A DNA stretch of 64,000 bases from contig JANOAV010000174.1 of assembly GCA_031411295.1 (NCBI GenBank), positions 27,054 through 91,053 on the forward strand, given 5' to 3'. A program made the translations under genes and the position numbers. The first letter of the stretch is position 1, and each line of letters opens with the position of its first letter. The notes under the pieces were generated by a model. The model was not told the origin of the DNA, ran no database searches, and saw nothing but the letters and a program-made list of their open reading frames with translations. Positions 50,380-60,298 of the stretch are shown in pieces. The stretch is from Verrucomicrobiales bacterium. GTDB lineage: Bacteria > Verrucomicrobiota > Verrucomicrobiia > Verrucomicrobiales > V1-33.

Positions 50380-50707
50380 CGTCGAGGGGTTCTGCGGCCG
50401 GGGTGCGGGCAGCAGCTTTGGCAGGCCGGTTAGGGGTAGAGACGTCAGGGGGTGAAAAGGGAGTGAGTTGCGCGGTGGCACCGGAGGTGATGAGGTCAAC
50501 GCGCTGCTGGGCTTCGTCGATGCGTTCCTGGCAGAAGGTGATCAATTGACGGCCCCGGGCGTAATACTCCAAGAGGGCGTCCAGCGGCACTTTCTGATCG
50601 TCCATCCCGTGCACAATGGATTCCAACTCACCCATGGCGTCCTCGAAGCTGCTAGGCAACGAAGCGGTGGGCGGTTCAGAAGGAATGCTGGTAGGGGTGG
50701 AGGCCAT
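50360..50707 (-). CDS. xseB: Exodeoxyribonuclease VII small subunit
   Basis: SFEDAMGELESIV..LDALLEYYARG..C; directly upstream of dxs. Confidence 0.88.
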   Translation of the reverse strand: MASTPTSIPSEPPTASLPSSFEDAMGELESIVHGMDDQKVPLDALLEYYARGRQLITFCQERIDEAQQRVDLITSGATAQLTPFSPPDVSTPNRPAKAAARTPAAEPLDDDIRLS

Positions 50708-50833
50708 AAGGGGAGCGAGACACTGGCAGGTGTGGGGGGAACAGGGCATCATTCCAGTCACCCGGCAAAACTCAAGGAATTTTGCACAGGGGGGAAATCT
50801 TCGCCTTACCAGAACCGAAGTGGGCGGAGGAGG

Positions 50834-52675
50834 TCAGTTGGAGCGCGCTTTTTTGTAATCCTCTGCGAAACTGGAGTAATGTTGCGCATCGGTGTAGAAA
50901 ATGGTGCCGGTGCCGATCCAAGCGGGTTGCTTGAAGGGGAAGTCTGGGATGTGGGCCATGGTATCAGCCAAGCCGCCCGTGCGTGCACTCACGGGAAGGC
51001 GCAGGATCGCTTCCTGCCAGTCGTCGTAGTCTCCGCTCATGATCCCGCTGAAGAACTTAGAATCCAGGGAAGTGGGAGTGAAGAGCAGTCCCACGATTTC
51101 TTCATTCTTACCGGACGCATACTCCTGGAGTTTGTAGAATTGCTTCTTATTTTTGGGCAACCAGATCGAGGTGCGATCGGCATACCAAGCGGTGGCCCAC
51201 GGGATGTCGGTCACGATGACTTCTTTCTCCGAAAGGCTGGCGTTGAGAGAGGCTAGCGCTTGGGGAACGTAATACGGGTAATGGCAATGGGCCTCTTTCG
51301 GAAGGTTGGTGGAGCGACGAATCCCAATGACCAGGTTCATGACGAAGGGCAGACTGCTGAGCACGACCGCAATGATGAAATGAGCATTGCGCACCACGGG
51401 TTGGTGCATCGGGAGATTGAGGCGATTCCACAGCACGGAGAGGAACGCCAAGCCATAGCCCGTGAAGAGGGGGATGAAAAGCACGTGGAGGTTGTTGGAG
51501 CCGGTCAACTCTTCTGAGGAAGGTTTGATGCCGAACATGGCCATCCCCAGCGTGCCAAAGAACCACATGGAGAGCACGCACCAACGGAAATCGGAAATCT
51601 CCTTGCGCCTGAAGGGATGGAGCAAGCTCAGGAAAAAGAGCGGGGCGACCACGATGCTGCCCAAGTAGCCGTAGAGACTACCGAATTGGCCGATGAAATT
51701 GGTGGCCATCCGGGTCAGGAAGCCATCGAAGTTTAGGCTGCCGGACTTCTGCTCGTAGTCACGATAGAGACTGGTTTCTGAGCCGTCGTTGAGGCCACTG
51801 TAGAACGCGTAGCGACCTGCCCCTAGGATATCGCCACTATTGTTATAGTTGTGCCGCGCCCAGAACATGGTGATGAAGGCGAAGATGACGAAGAGAATTA
51901 CGGTGTGGATGCCTTTGGGAACAAAATAGAACGCTGAGAACACGAGCAGACCAAGGAAGAGCCAGATCGTGAGCCAATGACTGAGGGCCAAGAGGGCAAA
52001 GAAACCGCCGGCCATGGCAATCCAGACGTAGGTGGGGCGGCCTTGCTGTTGATTCTCCACGGCTTTATACAGGAAGTAGGTCGCGAAGGAAAAGAGAAAG
52101 AGCATTAACATCTGGGGCAAGCCGCTCTGGGAGTAGCGCCAGAGGAGTTCGCAGAGGAGCATGAGAAACGCAGTCACGCCTCCGATGCGAGTGTCGAAGA
52201 TGCGGGAAATGAGCAAGTAGGTCACCCCGATGGACGCCAGCAGGAGGATCATGGCGGCACCGGCTATGAGGATGTCTGGGGTGTAGATGGCGGAGGTAGG
52301 ATCAATTTTCCAAGCTTCTCGATTCAAGCTTAACACCATGGCGTTGAGCATGGGGTTGAGTGGGGAGTGGAACGTATCGGGCATTTTCATGAGTGAAACG
52401 CCTTCTTCGCCATTGGGACTGGTGTTCTTGAGATTTTCGTTAATCTGCGCCAACGCCACTGGTCGGATGCATTTGGTTAGGAATTGTTCGCCCCGGGCGA
52501 TTTCCCGGCTGATCTGCGCCTGCTCCATCCCAAGGGGGGCGGACAGTCCGCGGAAGTCGGATTTCAGGTAGTAAAATGTCAGCAGCATCAACACCAGAAG
52601 GAAGAGCGCGCGGCGGATCATCATCCCTGGATCAAGGTCCTTGGGTGTTGGATTTATTTCAGTCGTAGTGGCCAT
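50834..52675 (-). CDS. Polytopic membrane protein, GT-C/PMT-like glycosyltransferase
   Basis: About 12 hydrophobic segments, AQISREIARG..PDTFHSPL loop, VTDIPWATAWYADR. Confidence 0.65.
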   Translation of the reverse strand: MATTTEINPTPKDLDPGMMIRRALFLLVLMLLTFYYLKSDFRGLSAPLGMEQAQISREIARGEQFLTKCIRPVALAQINENLKNTSPNGEEGVSLMKMPDTFHSPLNPMLNAMVLSLNREAWKIDPTSAIYTPDILIAGAAMILLLASIGVTYLLISRIFDTRIGGVTAFLMLLCELLWRYSQSGLPQMLMLFLFSFATYFLYKAVENQQQGRPTYVWIAMAGGFFALLALSHWLTIWLFLGLLVFSAFYFVPKGIHTVILFVIFAFITMFWARHNYNNSGDILGAGRYAFYSGLNDGSETSLYRDYEQKSGSLNFDGFLTRMATNFIGQFGSLYGYLGSIVVAPLFFLSLLHPFRRKEISDFRWCVLSMWFFGTLGMAMFGIKPSSEELTGSNNLHVLFIPLFTGYGLAFLSVLWNRLNLPMHQPVVRNAHFIIAVVLSSLPFVMNLVIGIRRSTNLPKEAHCHYPYYVPQALASLNASLSEKEVIVTDIPWATAWYADRTSIWLPKNKKQFYKLQEYASGKNEEIVGLLFTPTSLDSKFFSGIMSGDYDDWQEAILRLPVSARTGGLADTMAHIPDFPFKQPAWIGTGTIFYTDAQHYSSFAEDYKKARSN

Positions 52676-52907
52676 GTGGTGGGAGGTAGTGTGACAGCGG
52701 TGAGATCGAAACGGTTCAGATTTAACGGAAATTTTCCTCGGAGCGGTATTTCGGTTAAGGAAACAAAAAGATTAAGGTCGCGATTATGCACGGGTTCGGG
52801 AAACGCGCAATGATCTTAAATGAAACAAAGCGGTTCCACCGGACAGGCGTCAAGTTTATTTCAGGGAAAGCAAAAGTCTTTCGGACTTGTTCGGGCATGG
52901 AAGCTTG

Positions 52908-53180
52908 TTATTCCCGCCGACCTGTGATGATCAGGCCGTGGGTCATGGACCAGCCCGCGCCTGCGTGAGATCGAATATTATATCCGCCCCGGGTCGTTTC
53001 GGTGATGGAGACGATGTCGTAGCCATCCGCCGCCATCGCATTGCAAAGCTCTTCACAGCGCTGAGCCAGATCTTTTCCGTCGATGTAGCAATCAGTGGTC
53101 TCGGTGACTGTCCCTGAGAAAAACGTGTCCTTTTCGTAAGTGGCCAATTTGGCTGGCAGAAAGACGGACCGATATTTCAT
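52908..53180 (-). CDS. Small hypothetical protein (possibly DUF4177-like)
   Basis: Follows dedA co-directionally after 15 bp; LCN.MAADGYDIVS pattern. Confidence 0.6.
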   Translation of the reverse strand: MKYRSVFLPAKLATYEKDTFFSGTVTETTDCYIDGKDLAQRCEELCNAMAADGYDIVSITETTRGGYNIRSHAGAGWSMTHGLIITGRRE

Positions 53181-53195
53181 GGCCTGGGGCTGAGG

Positions 53196-53870
53196 CTAAA
53201 CTTCTTCGCTCTCCTGCTTGGCGGATTTCTTCTCCTTGAGCACGCCGTTGAGCCAACCGATGAGTGGTGGCAGAAGGCTGATGCAGATGATGGCGATGAC
53301 CACCAGTTCGAAGTGTTCCTTAACCATTTTGATATCGGCCAGTAAGTATCCAGCACCACAGCAGACCACCACCCAGAGGAAGGCGCCGATAACTCCGAAG
53401 ATCATGAACCGAGGGTAATACATCTTGCCCACACCGGCCACGAACGGTGCGAAGGTTCGCACCAGCGGAATGAAGCGTGCCAATACCACAGTCTTGGGGC
53501 CGTGTTTGTCGTAGAACGCCTGCGTTTTCTGGAGCGTCTTCACGCTGAACCAGCGGGAACCTTCTTTGCGGAATATCCTCGGACCGATGAGCCGGCCTGT
53601 GAAGTAATTCAAGTTATCCCCCAGGATGGCCGCAACGGGGAGGATCAACAGCAGCACCCACAATTGCATATCGCCCTTGGTGGCGACGACGCCAGCCCCG
53701 AAAAGCAGTGAGTCTCCAGGCAGAAAGGGAGCGATCACCAGGCCGGTCTCACAGAAAATAATTAGGAAAAGAATGCCATAAATCCACCCTTCGTAATTCT
53801 TGGCCCAATGAGTTAGGGTTCCGTCAAGATTGGTGAAAAGGTCTTTGAGATGAAGAATAAGGCTATCCAT
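53196..53870 (-). CDS. dedA: DedA family membrane protein
   Basis: FCETGL..FLPGDSLLF, GDNLNY, LARFIPLVRTFAPFVAG. Confidence 0.93.
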   Translation of the reverse strand: MDSLILHLKDLFTNLDGTLTHWAKNYEGWIYGILFLIIFCETGLVIAPFLPGDSLLFGAGVVATKGDMQLWVLLLILPVAAILGDNLNYFTGRLIGPRIFRKEGSRWFSVKTLQKTQAFYDKHGPKTVVLARFIPLVRTFAPFVAGVGKMYYPRFMIFGVIGAFLWVVVCCGAGYLLADIKMVKEHFELVVIAIICISLLPPLIGWLNGVLKEKKSAKQESEEV

Positions 53871-53966
53871 GCGATGGAGGGGTCTGAGGGGGGCTCGTTA
53901 AATTGTTGCCAACCAGTAACGAGTCCGCGCGAAGAATCCAGCGAAGAATTTCTAAAAGGTGGAGTA

Positions 53967-55115
53967 TTATTTTCCGCCAAAAGCATAAATCACGCCATCA
54001 TCAGCCCCCATCACCAAGCGCTGACCAGCCACGCAGGGGCTCGTTTGCACGGAAGGGCCGATTTCGTAGTTCCAGCGTTCTTTGCCATCGGCTAGACCAA
54101 CCGCATAGATGCGGCCGTCGTCGGACCCGAAGATCACGCTGTCACCAGCCACCACAGGGGAACTATCCACTTTTCCGGTGGCGCGGAAGGACCAGGCCTC
54201 ATCACCCTTCTCGCGATCCAGACAGTGCATGCGTTTTCCCCGATCCCCCGCCAGCACGAACTTTTCGGTCACGGCGGGTGAGGAGAAGTAGGGGAAATCG
54301 GTCTCGGAGAAACTCCACTGCGTTTTCTTCGCAGCCAGTTCCACGGCCAGAACCGCATTTCCATAGTGGCTGAGAAAGGCGATTTTACCGTCCGTGGCCA
54401 CGGTGTTGGCGATCGGGTCCTTCACTTCCATCTTCCCTTCCTCTGCTCCTGTTGCTGCATTAACCATGTAGAGAAAGCCATCGCACCCCCCGAACAAGGC
54501 TAGATTTCCGGCCAGAGCGGCCGCTCCGTTGATGTAGTTGCTGGTGGGCACGGTCCACAGCTTGGTGCCATCCGCGCTGTTGAGGGCGTAGAGTTGATTA
54601 TCGTAACTGCCCACAAGGACGATGGCCGGTTTCCCCGCCGGTTGATAAAGATTCACTGCCCCCTTGATCTCGCCCTCGGTCATGAACTTCCACACCTGCT
54701 TCCCCGAGACCTTCTCCAGACAGTAAACTCCTCCGTCTCCCGCCCCAAAGATCACGCGATCGCCCAGCAGCGCAGCCGAGCCCTCGATGGGGTCTTTGGA
54801 CTTGGCGTTCGGCAGCTTGAATTCCCAGGAAACTTTCCCCGTAGCCAATTCGAACGCGCGGAACACGCCGGCTCCATCCCCGATGAAAGCTGAAGTGCCA
54901 TCGCTCACGGCCGTGGCTTTGATGGGTTTGGCGGCGGCAAATTTCCATTTCAATTCCAACGGAAATTTCAATTCCTCTGCGGCCACCCCGCGCATGTCCG
55001 CCGTGCCGCGCCAGAGTGGCCAAGCAGCAGGCGCGGCGGCAAGGTTTCCGCTGCCAAGCGCGAGGATGGCCGAACAAGTTAGCAGGAATGCGGGCGGGAA
55101 GACGAGGTTCATCAT
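53967..55115 (-). CDS. Secreted PQQ-like beta-propeller repeat protein
   Basis: WPLWRG followed by repeated SP..GS.DG..YA..G..W blades. Confidence 0.87.
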   Translation of the reverse strand: MMNLVFPPAFLLTCSAILALGSGNLAAAPAAWPLWRGTADMRGVAAEELKFPLELKWKFAAAKPIKATAVSDGTSAFIGDGAGVFRAFELATGKVSWEFKLPNAKSKDPIEGSAALLGDRVIFGAGDGGVYCLEKVSGKQVWKFMTEGEIKGAVNLYQPAGKPAIVLVGSYDNQLYALNSADGTKLWTVPTSNYINGAAALAGNLALFGGCDGFLYMVNAATGAEEGKMEVKDPIANTVATDGKIAFLSHYGNAVLAVELAAKKTQWSFSETDFPYFSSPAVTEKFVLAGDRGKRMHCLDREKGDEAWSFRATGKVDSSPVVAGDSVIFGSDDGRIYAVGLADGKERWNYEIGPSVQTSPCVAGQRLVMGADDGVIYAFGGK

Positions 55116-55177
55116 TCCAACATGGCCGCATTCCCGCAGTTGTCATCCTCCACATTCGGGGAGGATTTCCATTTCGT

Positions 55178-56545
55178 TCAATGGGCGGCCAGCGTTTGGC
55201 GGATATAGGCTTTCACTGCCGCCTCCGTTGGTTCCAGCGGATGAGTGGAGAGTGGTTTCTGTTTGAGGGCTTCCAGCGTGGCATGCTTTGGCTCGCGACC
55301 GATCGCCTGATGCACCACTTCGGGAAATTTAGCCGGACTGGCAGTGGCCAGAATGACCGAGTGGCGGGCGGTATCCAGTTCCAAGTAAGCGCAGGCCGTA
55401 TGAGGATCGAGCACATAATGGTATTGGTCATAACAAGCGCGAATCGCCTCTGGGATCTCATCATCGCTCATGCGACTGGCCCCAAAGGTGTGGGCGGGCA
55501 GCGCCAACTGCACAGATTCGCCTGCTTTGAACTTCGCCATGGTGGCGCGCACGGCGGCGGGGTCTTGCCCCAGCATGAAATAGAGGCAGCGCTCGAAGTT
55601 GGAAGCCGCTTGGATATCCATGCTGGGAGCGTGGCTGGGCCGCACTTCACCCTGACGGTAATCTCCGGTGGTGAAGAAGCGATGGAGGATATCGTTTTGA
55701 TTAGTGGCCACGCGGAATTTCACGGAAGCTGGCAGCAGGCCCATTTGCTGCGTTAACCAACCGGCCAGAACGTTGCCGAAGTTGCCGGTCGGGACGATGA
55801 ATTCGATGGTGGCGCGCTCGGCCGCGGGCACGCGGAGGTAACCCCAGACGTAGTAAACACACTGCGCCAGAATGCGGGCGATGTTGATGCTATTGACGGC
55901 GGATAAATTCACCTCCCGCGCAAATGCAAGATCGCCAAACGCATCCTTCACGATCCGTTGGGCATCATCAAACGTGCCCGGAACCGGGATGGCATGGACG
56001 TTGGCGGCTCCCGTGCAGGCCATTTGCCGCTCTTGCAGCGGGGCCACGCGCCCGTCGGGATACAGAATGAAAATGGTGATGCCCTCCTGCCCCGAGCACC
56101 CGTGGATGGCGGCAGAGCCAGTATCACCCGAGGTGGCCCCCAGCACTGCCAGCGGCTTTACTGTTAGTTGCACCTGCCGTTTATACAGCAAGCCCAGCAA
56201 TTGCAGCGCGAAATCCTTAAACGCCAGCGTGGGGCCGTGGAAAAGCTCCAGCACCGAGAGGTTCGGGGCCAGATTTACCAAGGGAGCCACGTCCGGGCTG
56301 TCGAAATGCGCGTAGGCTTGGGCCGTGAGCGAGGCCCATTCCGTTGGCGAGATTTCCGGCGCAAAGGGCGACAGGAATGCCGCCGCAAGCTCCGGATAGG
56401 TCAGTTCCGCCCACTCGGTTGGCACGCCTGAAAAGTGCGGCAATGGATCGGGCAGGAACAAGCCGCCATCCGGTGCCAAACCAGCGGCAACGGCTTCGGA
56501 AAAGGAAACGGGCACGGTAAGACCGCGAGTGGAAGAATATTTCAT
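55178..56545 (-). CDS. thrC: Threonine synthase
   Basis: YSSTRG, GLAPDGGL, ELFHGPTLAFKDFA, ATSGDTG, VPTGNFGN. Confidence 0.96.
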   Translation of the reverse strand: MKYSSTRGLTVPVSFSEAVAAGLAPDGGLFLPDPLPHFSGVPTEWAELTYPELAAAFLSPFAPEISPTEWASLTAQAYAHFDSPDVAPLVNLAPNLSVLELFHGPTLAFKDFALQLLGLLYKRQVQLTVKPLAVLGATSGDTGSAAIHGCSGQEGITIFILYPDGRVAPLQERQMACTGAANVHAIPVPGTFDDAQRIVKDAFGDLAFAREVNLSAVNSINIARILAQCVYYVWGYLRVPAAERATIEFIVPTGNFGNVLAGWLTQQMGLLPASVKFRVATNQNDILHRFFTTGDYRQGEVRPSHAPSMDIQAASNFERCLYFMLGQDPAAVRATMAKFKAGESVQLALPAHTFGASRMSDDEIPEAIRACYDQYHYVLDPHTACAYLELDTARHSVILATASPAKFPEVVHQAIGREPKHATLEALKQKPLSTHPLEPTEAAVKAYIRQTLAAH

Positions 56546-56644
56546 GCTTAGGAGTAGGAAGGGCACCCGCTTACGGGAGTTTGCAAATCGAAAAACCCGA
56601 ACAATTTATGGAAATTATAAAGATGTGTGCCATATTTCGGCTTC

Positions 56645-57583
56645 ATGAAACGATTTCTGCCCTTACTTTTACTCCAGACGTTGATCGGTCCAAGCTTGGC
56701 TGGCTTGGCGATTACCAGCGGCCAATCCAATGCGAATGCGGTGGTATCCCGTTCGTTTGCCGAAAATTTACCCGGAGTGAACCGCCCCTTTAACGCGATG
56801 GTCGGTGGGCAACCGATTGATGTCTGGCTTACGCCGGACGGCCATGGTGGGTATCTCCGCGGAGCCTCCTATTTGGCTGAACTCTGGGATCCAGGGCCAG
56901 CCGAGGCGGCGGCCGAAAAACTCTGTCATCAGACCGGTGAGCAGGACCAAATCTATTTCCTCTGGATGCAGGGGGAATCGGATTCAACCTCCATGGCCCT
57001 GGCGGACGCCTATGAAGCAAAGCTACGGGCTCTGTTAGGTTTTGTGCGCGATGACTTTGGCTACGTCAAGCAGTTGGAAATGGCGGTGGGACTGATTTGG
57101 TATGTCACGCTGGAGCAACTGAGGCCGGAACAGGCCCGCGGGGTCTATCAAGTCCGTGCCACGCAACGGAAAGTGGCCGAGGAGTTTGGAGCGGTCTGGG
57201 TGGACACGGCCAGCCTTACCCGGTGGTCGGATTTAGGAACTTCCTTCAAGGATGATGTTCATTTGAATTACGAAGGCGAAGCGCCCGGGAGCATCCGCTT
57301 GGGCCAAGTGGCCGCGCAGGCGATTCGGCGGAAACAACATTTCCATGCGGATCAAGGAGTCTATCTGGTCCAAGGCGCGCATGAATTGCGCGGCGTGCGG
57401 GGGATGCGCTATCGGCTGGAATCATCTGCCGACGGCACTACTTGGAAATCCTGCGGCACCTATCGGATGCCCTACGTGACAGGTCCCGAAGCCTATGCCC
57501 CACAACGCCTCCCCTGGCCGTCCGAGGCCGGCCCAGAGGATCCAAAATTGCGCTATCGAATCACTGAGGCCGCTCCAGAGTGA
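56645..57583 (+). CDS. Secreted SGNH/sialate O-acetylesterase (SASA)-like hydrolase
   Basis: Signal peptide; SGQSNA, WMQGESD and DDVH catalytic blocks. Confidence 0.8.
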   Translation: MKRFLPLLLLQTLIGPSLAGLAITSGQSNANAVVSRSFAENLPGVNRPFNAMVGGQPIDVWLTPDGHGGYLRGASYLAELWDPGPAEAAAEKLCHQTGEQDQIYFLWMQGESDSTSMALADAYEAKLRALLGFVRDDFGYVKQLEMAVGLIWYVTLEQLRPEQARGVYQVRATQRKVAEEFGAVWVDTASLTRWSDLGTSFKDDVHLNYEGEAPGSIRLGQVAAQAIRRKQHFHADQGVYLVQGAHELRGVRGMRYRLESSADGTTWKSCGTYRMPYVTGPEAYAPQRLPWPSEAGPEDPKLRYRITEAAPE

Positions 57584-57588
57584 GTTGT

Positions 57589-59004
57589 TTAAGGGCGCGT
57601 CATCCGCTCGGGCACGACGAATTTCGCGAAATCCTCTTCCGTGAGGTATCCCAGCGCCAAGGCCGCAGCCTTGAGGGTGGTGCCTTCCTTATTGGCCTTC
57701 TTCGCGATCGCAGCGGCTTTGTCATAACCGATGTGTTCGTTGAGCGCAGTTACTAGCATGAGACATTTTTCCACATACGCCTCGATCTGCGGCAGGTTGG
57801 CGCGCAGTCCTTTGAGGCAATGCTCGCTGAAGCTGAGCATCGTGTCCGTCAGCAGATCCACGGAATTTAGCAAATTCAGAATCATCACCGGATTGAAGAC
57901 GTTCAGTTCAAAGTTCCCCTGGCTGCCGGCAAAGCCAATCGTGGTGTCGTTCCCCATCACCTGCACCGCCACCATGGTCATGGCTTCGCATTGGGTGGGG
58001 TTCACTTTGCCCGGCATGATGCTGGAGCCTGGTTCATTTTCCGGCAGCAGTAGTTCGCCCAGCCCGCAGCGGGGACCGGATCCTAACCAGCGGATGTCGT
58101 TGGCGATTTTCATCAAGCTCCCCGCCAGCGTTTTCAATGCTCCGCTGGCCATGACTAATTCATCATGCGCGGAGAGTGCGGCAAAAAGATTCGGGTGGGA
58201 AGTAAAGGGCAGTCCCGTGAGTTGCGCAATTTGTGCTGCGGCCCGGGGGGCAAATTCAGGATGTGAATTGATGCCGGTGCCCACCGCGGTGCCGCCAATT
58301 GCCAAATCCATCACGTGGGGTAGAATCCCCTCCAGACGTTGGATGTTCCGATCAATCAAGGCCACATAGCCGCCAAATTCCTGTCCCAGCGTAACTGGAG
58401 TCGCATCCTGCAAGTGGGTGCGACCGATCTTGACAATGCCGTCGAATTCCTTGCGCTTGGCGTCCAGCGCGTCCCGAAACGCCTTGCAGGCGGGGATCAG
58501 CCGGTGTGAAATTTCCTCGGCCGCCGCAATGTGCATCGCAGTGGGGAACGTGTCATTGGAGGATTGGGACATGTTCACATCGTCGTTCGGATGCACTGGG
58601 GACTTCGAGCCTAGCACGCCGCCGCTGATTTCGATGGCGCGATTGGCAATGACCTCGTTAGAATTCATGTTGCTCTGGGTGCCGCTGCCTGTTTGCCAGA
58701 TATGCACGGGGAAATGCGCATCCAGCTTGCCGGCAATCACTTCATCCGCTGCGGCGGAAATCAGGCTAAGTTTCTCAGGGGTCATCTTGGCTGGCTTGAG
58801 TTCCGCATTCACCATCGCGCACGCCTTCTTGAGCAGGCCCATGGCGCGGATCACCGGGCGCGGCATGACATCAGAACCGATATTGAAAAAGTGAATGCTG
58901 CGCGCCGTCTGCGCGCCCCAATAAACCGACTGGGGGACTTGCTTTTCACCCATGGTGTCGGATTCAGTGCGGGAGGGGCCGTCGAAATTGTAAGTGCTGG
59001 GCAT
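57589..59004 (-). CDS. fumC: Class II fumarate hydratase
   Basis: [34 protein letters not shown]. Confidence 0.98.
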   Translation of the reverse strand: MPSTYNFDGPSRTESDTMGEKQVPQSVYWGAQTARSIHFFNIGSDVMPRPVIRAMGLLKKACAMVNAELKPAKMTPEKLSLISAAADEVIAGKLDAHFPVHIWQTGSGTQSNMNSNEVIANRAIEISGGVLGSKSPVHPNDDVNMSQSSNDTFPTAMHIAAAEEISHRLIPACKAFRDALDAKRKEFDGIVKIGRTHLQDATPVTLGQEFGGYVALIDRNIQRLEGILPHVMDLAIGGTAVGTGINSHPEFAPRAAAQIAQLTGLPFTSHPNLFAALSAHDELVMASGALKTLAGSLMKIANDIRWLGSGPRCGLGELLLPENEPGSSIMPGKVNPTQCEAMTMVAVQVMGNDTTIGFAGSQGNFELNVFNPVMILNLLNSVDLLTDTMLSFSEHCLKGLRANLPQIEAYVEKCLMLVTALNEHIGYDKAAAIAKKANKEGTTLKAAALALGYLTEEDFAKFVVPERMTRP

Positions 59005-59186
59005 GGTAGTTGGGGAGTAGGAAAGAGTTTCGGAACGCTGGCCATAGAGCGTGATCCAGCGTTTGGCAAAAACATTTCCGTGCGAGATATGATCGCAACT
59101 CTGGCGGATTTTTCCAAATGCATTAGCCGATTACAAAACTGCCCCTTGCATGTAATGTTGAGTTAGTAAAGCTTACGTCAGTTCTT

Positions 59187-59360
59187 TGCCAGCTGAATGC
59201 TGCGGCACAGTGCCTGCAGCAACGGGGGACCCATCCGTCCGTCGAGAGTGTGAGTATCAATGCTCACGCGCCTCGGCTTGGGGCTAACGATGCCTGCGGC
59301 ATCGGGAGAACTCAGACTCTTCAGCCCGACAGCTAACCTCGTAAGCATGCACTGAGGGGC
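59187..59360 (+). ncRNA. c-di-AMP (ydaO/yuaA) riboswitch
   Basis: Conserved blocks in order: GCTGAAT, P2 hairpin, ACGGGGGACCC, TTGGGGCTAA, P5 hairpin CGATGCC/GGCATCG, CCCGACAGCTAACCTCGTAAGC. Loop CTCAG is complementary to downstream CTGAG (pseudoknot). Confidence 0.88.
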
Positions 59361-59563
59361 GATGCACGCCACCAGCAGTCGGGGAAATTATGCGCCCACA
59401 GACTGGATGGAAACGTGCCCAAGCTCTCGGCATCAGCCGGGTTGGCTGAGGTCGGCGTTTATCCATGGAACTGCCGTATTCCACCGCAGTGTGGTGGTTC
59501 CGCAACATTTATTTTTTAAATCTTGTCAGGCCAAAGATGTATCGGTAGTTTCCGCTGCATCTT

Positions 59564-60298
59564 ATGAAAATGACTCGTTTTTTATCTCTCGGAAAGCTCG
59601 GACGCTTGCTCCTGTGTCTTGGTGGCATGGCTCCGGCCTTGGCGATGGCGCAGGTTCGCATCACCGAAGTCACTATTTCCACGGGCAATGTCGAGTTGAC
59701 AAACTTCGGAACAACCTCCGTCGATCTTACCAACTGGAGGTTTTGCCATCGGTTCACCTACATTAGTCCTGGGGGCACGATCTCCCCTGGGGCCAGTCGT
59801 CAGTTTACCGTGGCCTTCAACAAAACTTCCAGCGATCTCGGGTTATACACCTCTACGAGTTTTACTAGCACCACCGCGATGGAGGATTTCGTCCAATGGG
59901 GTGGTGGCGGCCTGGGCCGGGAGTCGGTTGCGGTATCTAAGGGGATCTGGACCGCCGGAGCGTTCCTGGCGGTGCCTGCGAGCGGGGTCAGTCTTCACGC
60001 TAAGGCGAATCCTGGAGCGGGCACGCGCGTAGCGAACTGGTTTACGGCATTTCCTCATGCGGGATTTCCGTTGCCGAAAATTGAGATTAAGAGCACAGCC
60101 TTGGTGTCGGGCCAGTGGCGGCTTACCGCCTTGTCTTATTATCTACTGGCCAACCATCGGGTGGAGACCAGTCCTGATCTTGGAGCGACACCCTGGGTCA
60201 CCTCCTCCCCGACGGTTTCAGATCTGGGGAACAGGCTGCTGGATATCCGCTTTCCTGCCACCGGGACCAGACAATTTGTCCGGGTGAAGTCACTCTAG
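59564..60298 (+). CDS. Secreted lamin-tail-like domain protein
   Basis: Signal peptide, VRITEV..VELTNFG..VDLTNWRFC, DFVQWG..RESVAV. Confidence 0.75.
   Translation: MKMTRFLSLGKLGRLLLCLGGMAPALAMAQVRITEVTISTGNVELTNFGTTSVDLTNWRFCHRFTYISPGGTISPGASRQFTVAFNKTSSDLGLYTSTSFTSTTAMEDFVQWGGGGLGRESVAVSKGIWTAGAFLAVPASGVSLHAKANPGAGTRVANWFTAFPHAGFPLPKIEIKSTALVSGQWRLTALSYYLLANHRVETSPDLGATPWVTSSPTVSDLGNRLLDIRFPATGTRQFVRVKSL

Noticed and set aside
50379..50499. N-terminal extension of Dxs in the ORF track (similar extensions for the Gfo oxidoreductase, LpxK, sigma, LptC, DUF1501, PbpC)
   Set aside because: The extensions overlap neighbouring genes, repeats or promoters and look non-conserved. Downstream ATGs fit the families better.
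50360..50707. Absence of ispA between xseB and dxs
   Set aside because: This is ordinary gene-order variation with no remnant visible.
59146..59174. Sigma70 promoter for the riboswitch (TTGCAT -35)
   Set aside because: No good -10 hexamer at 16-18 bp spacing, so it is not supportable as a feature.
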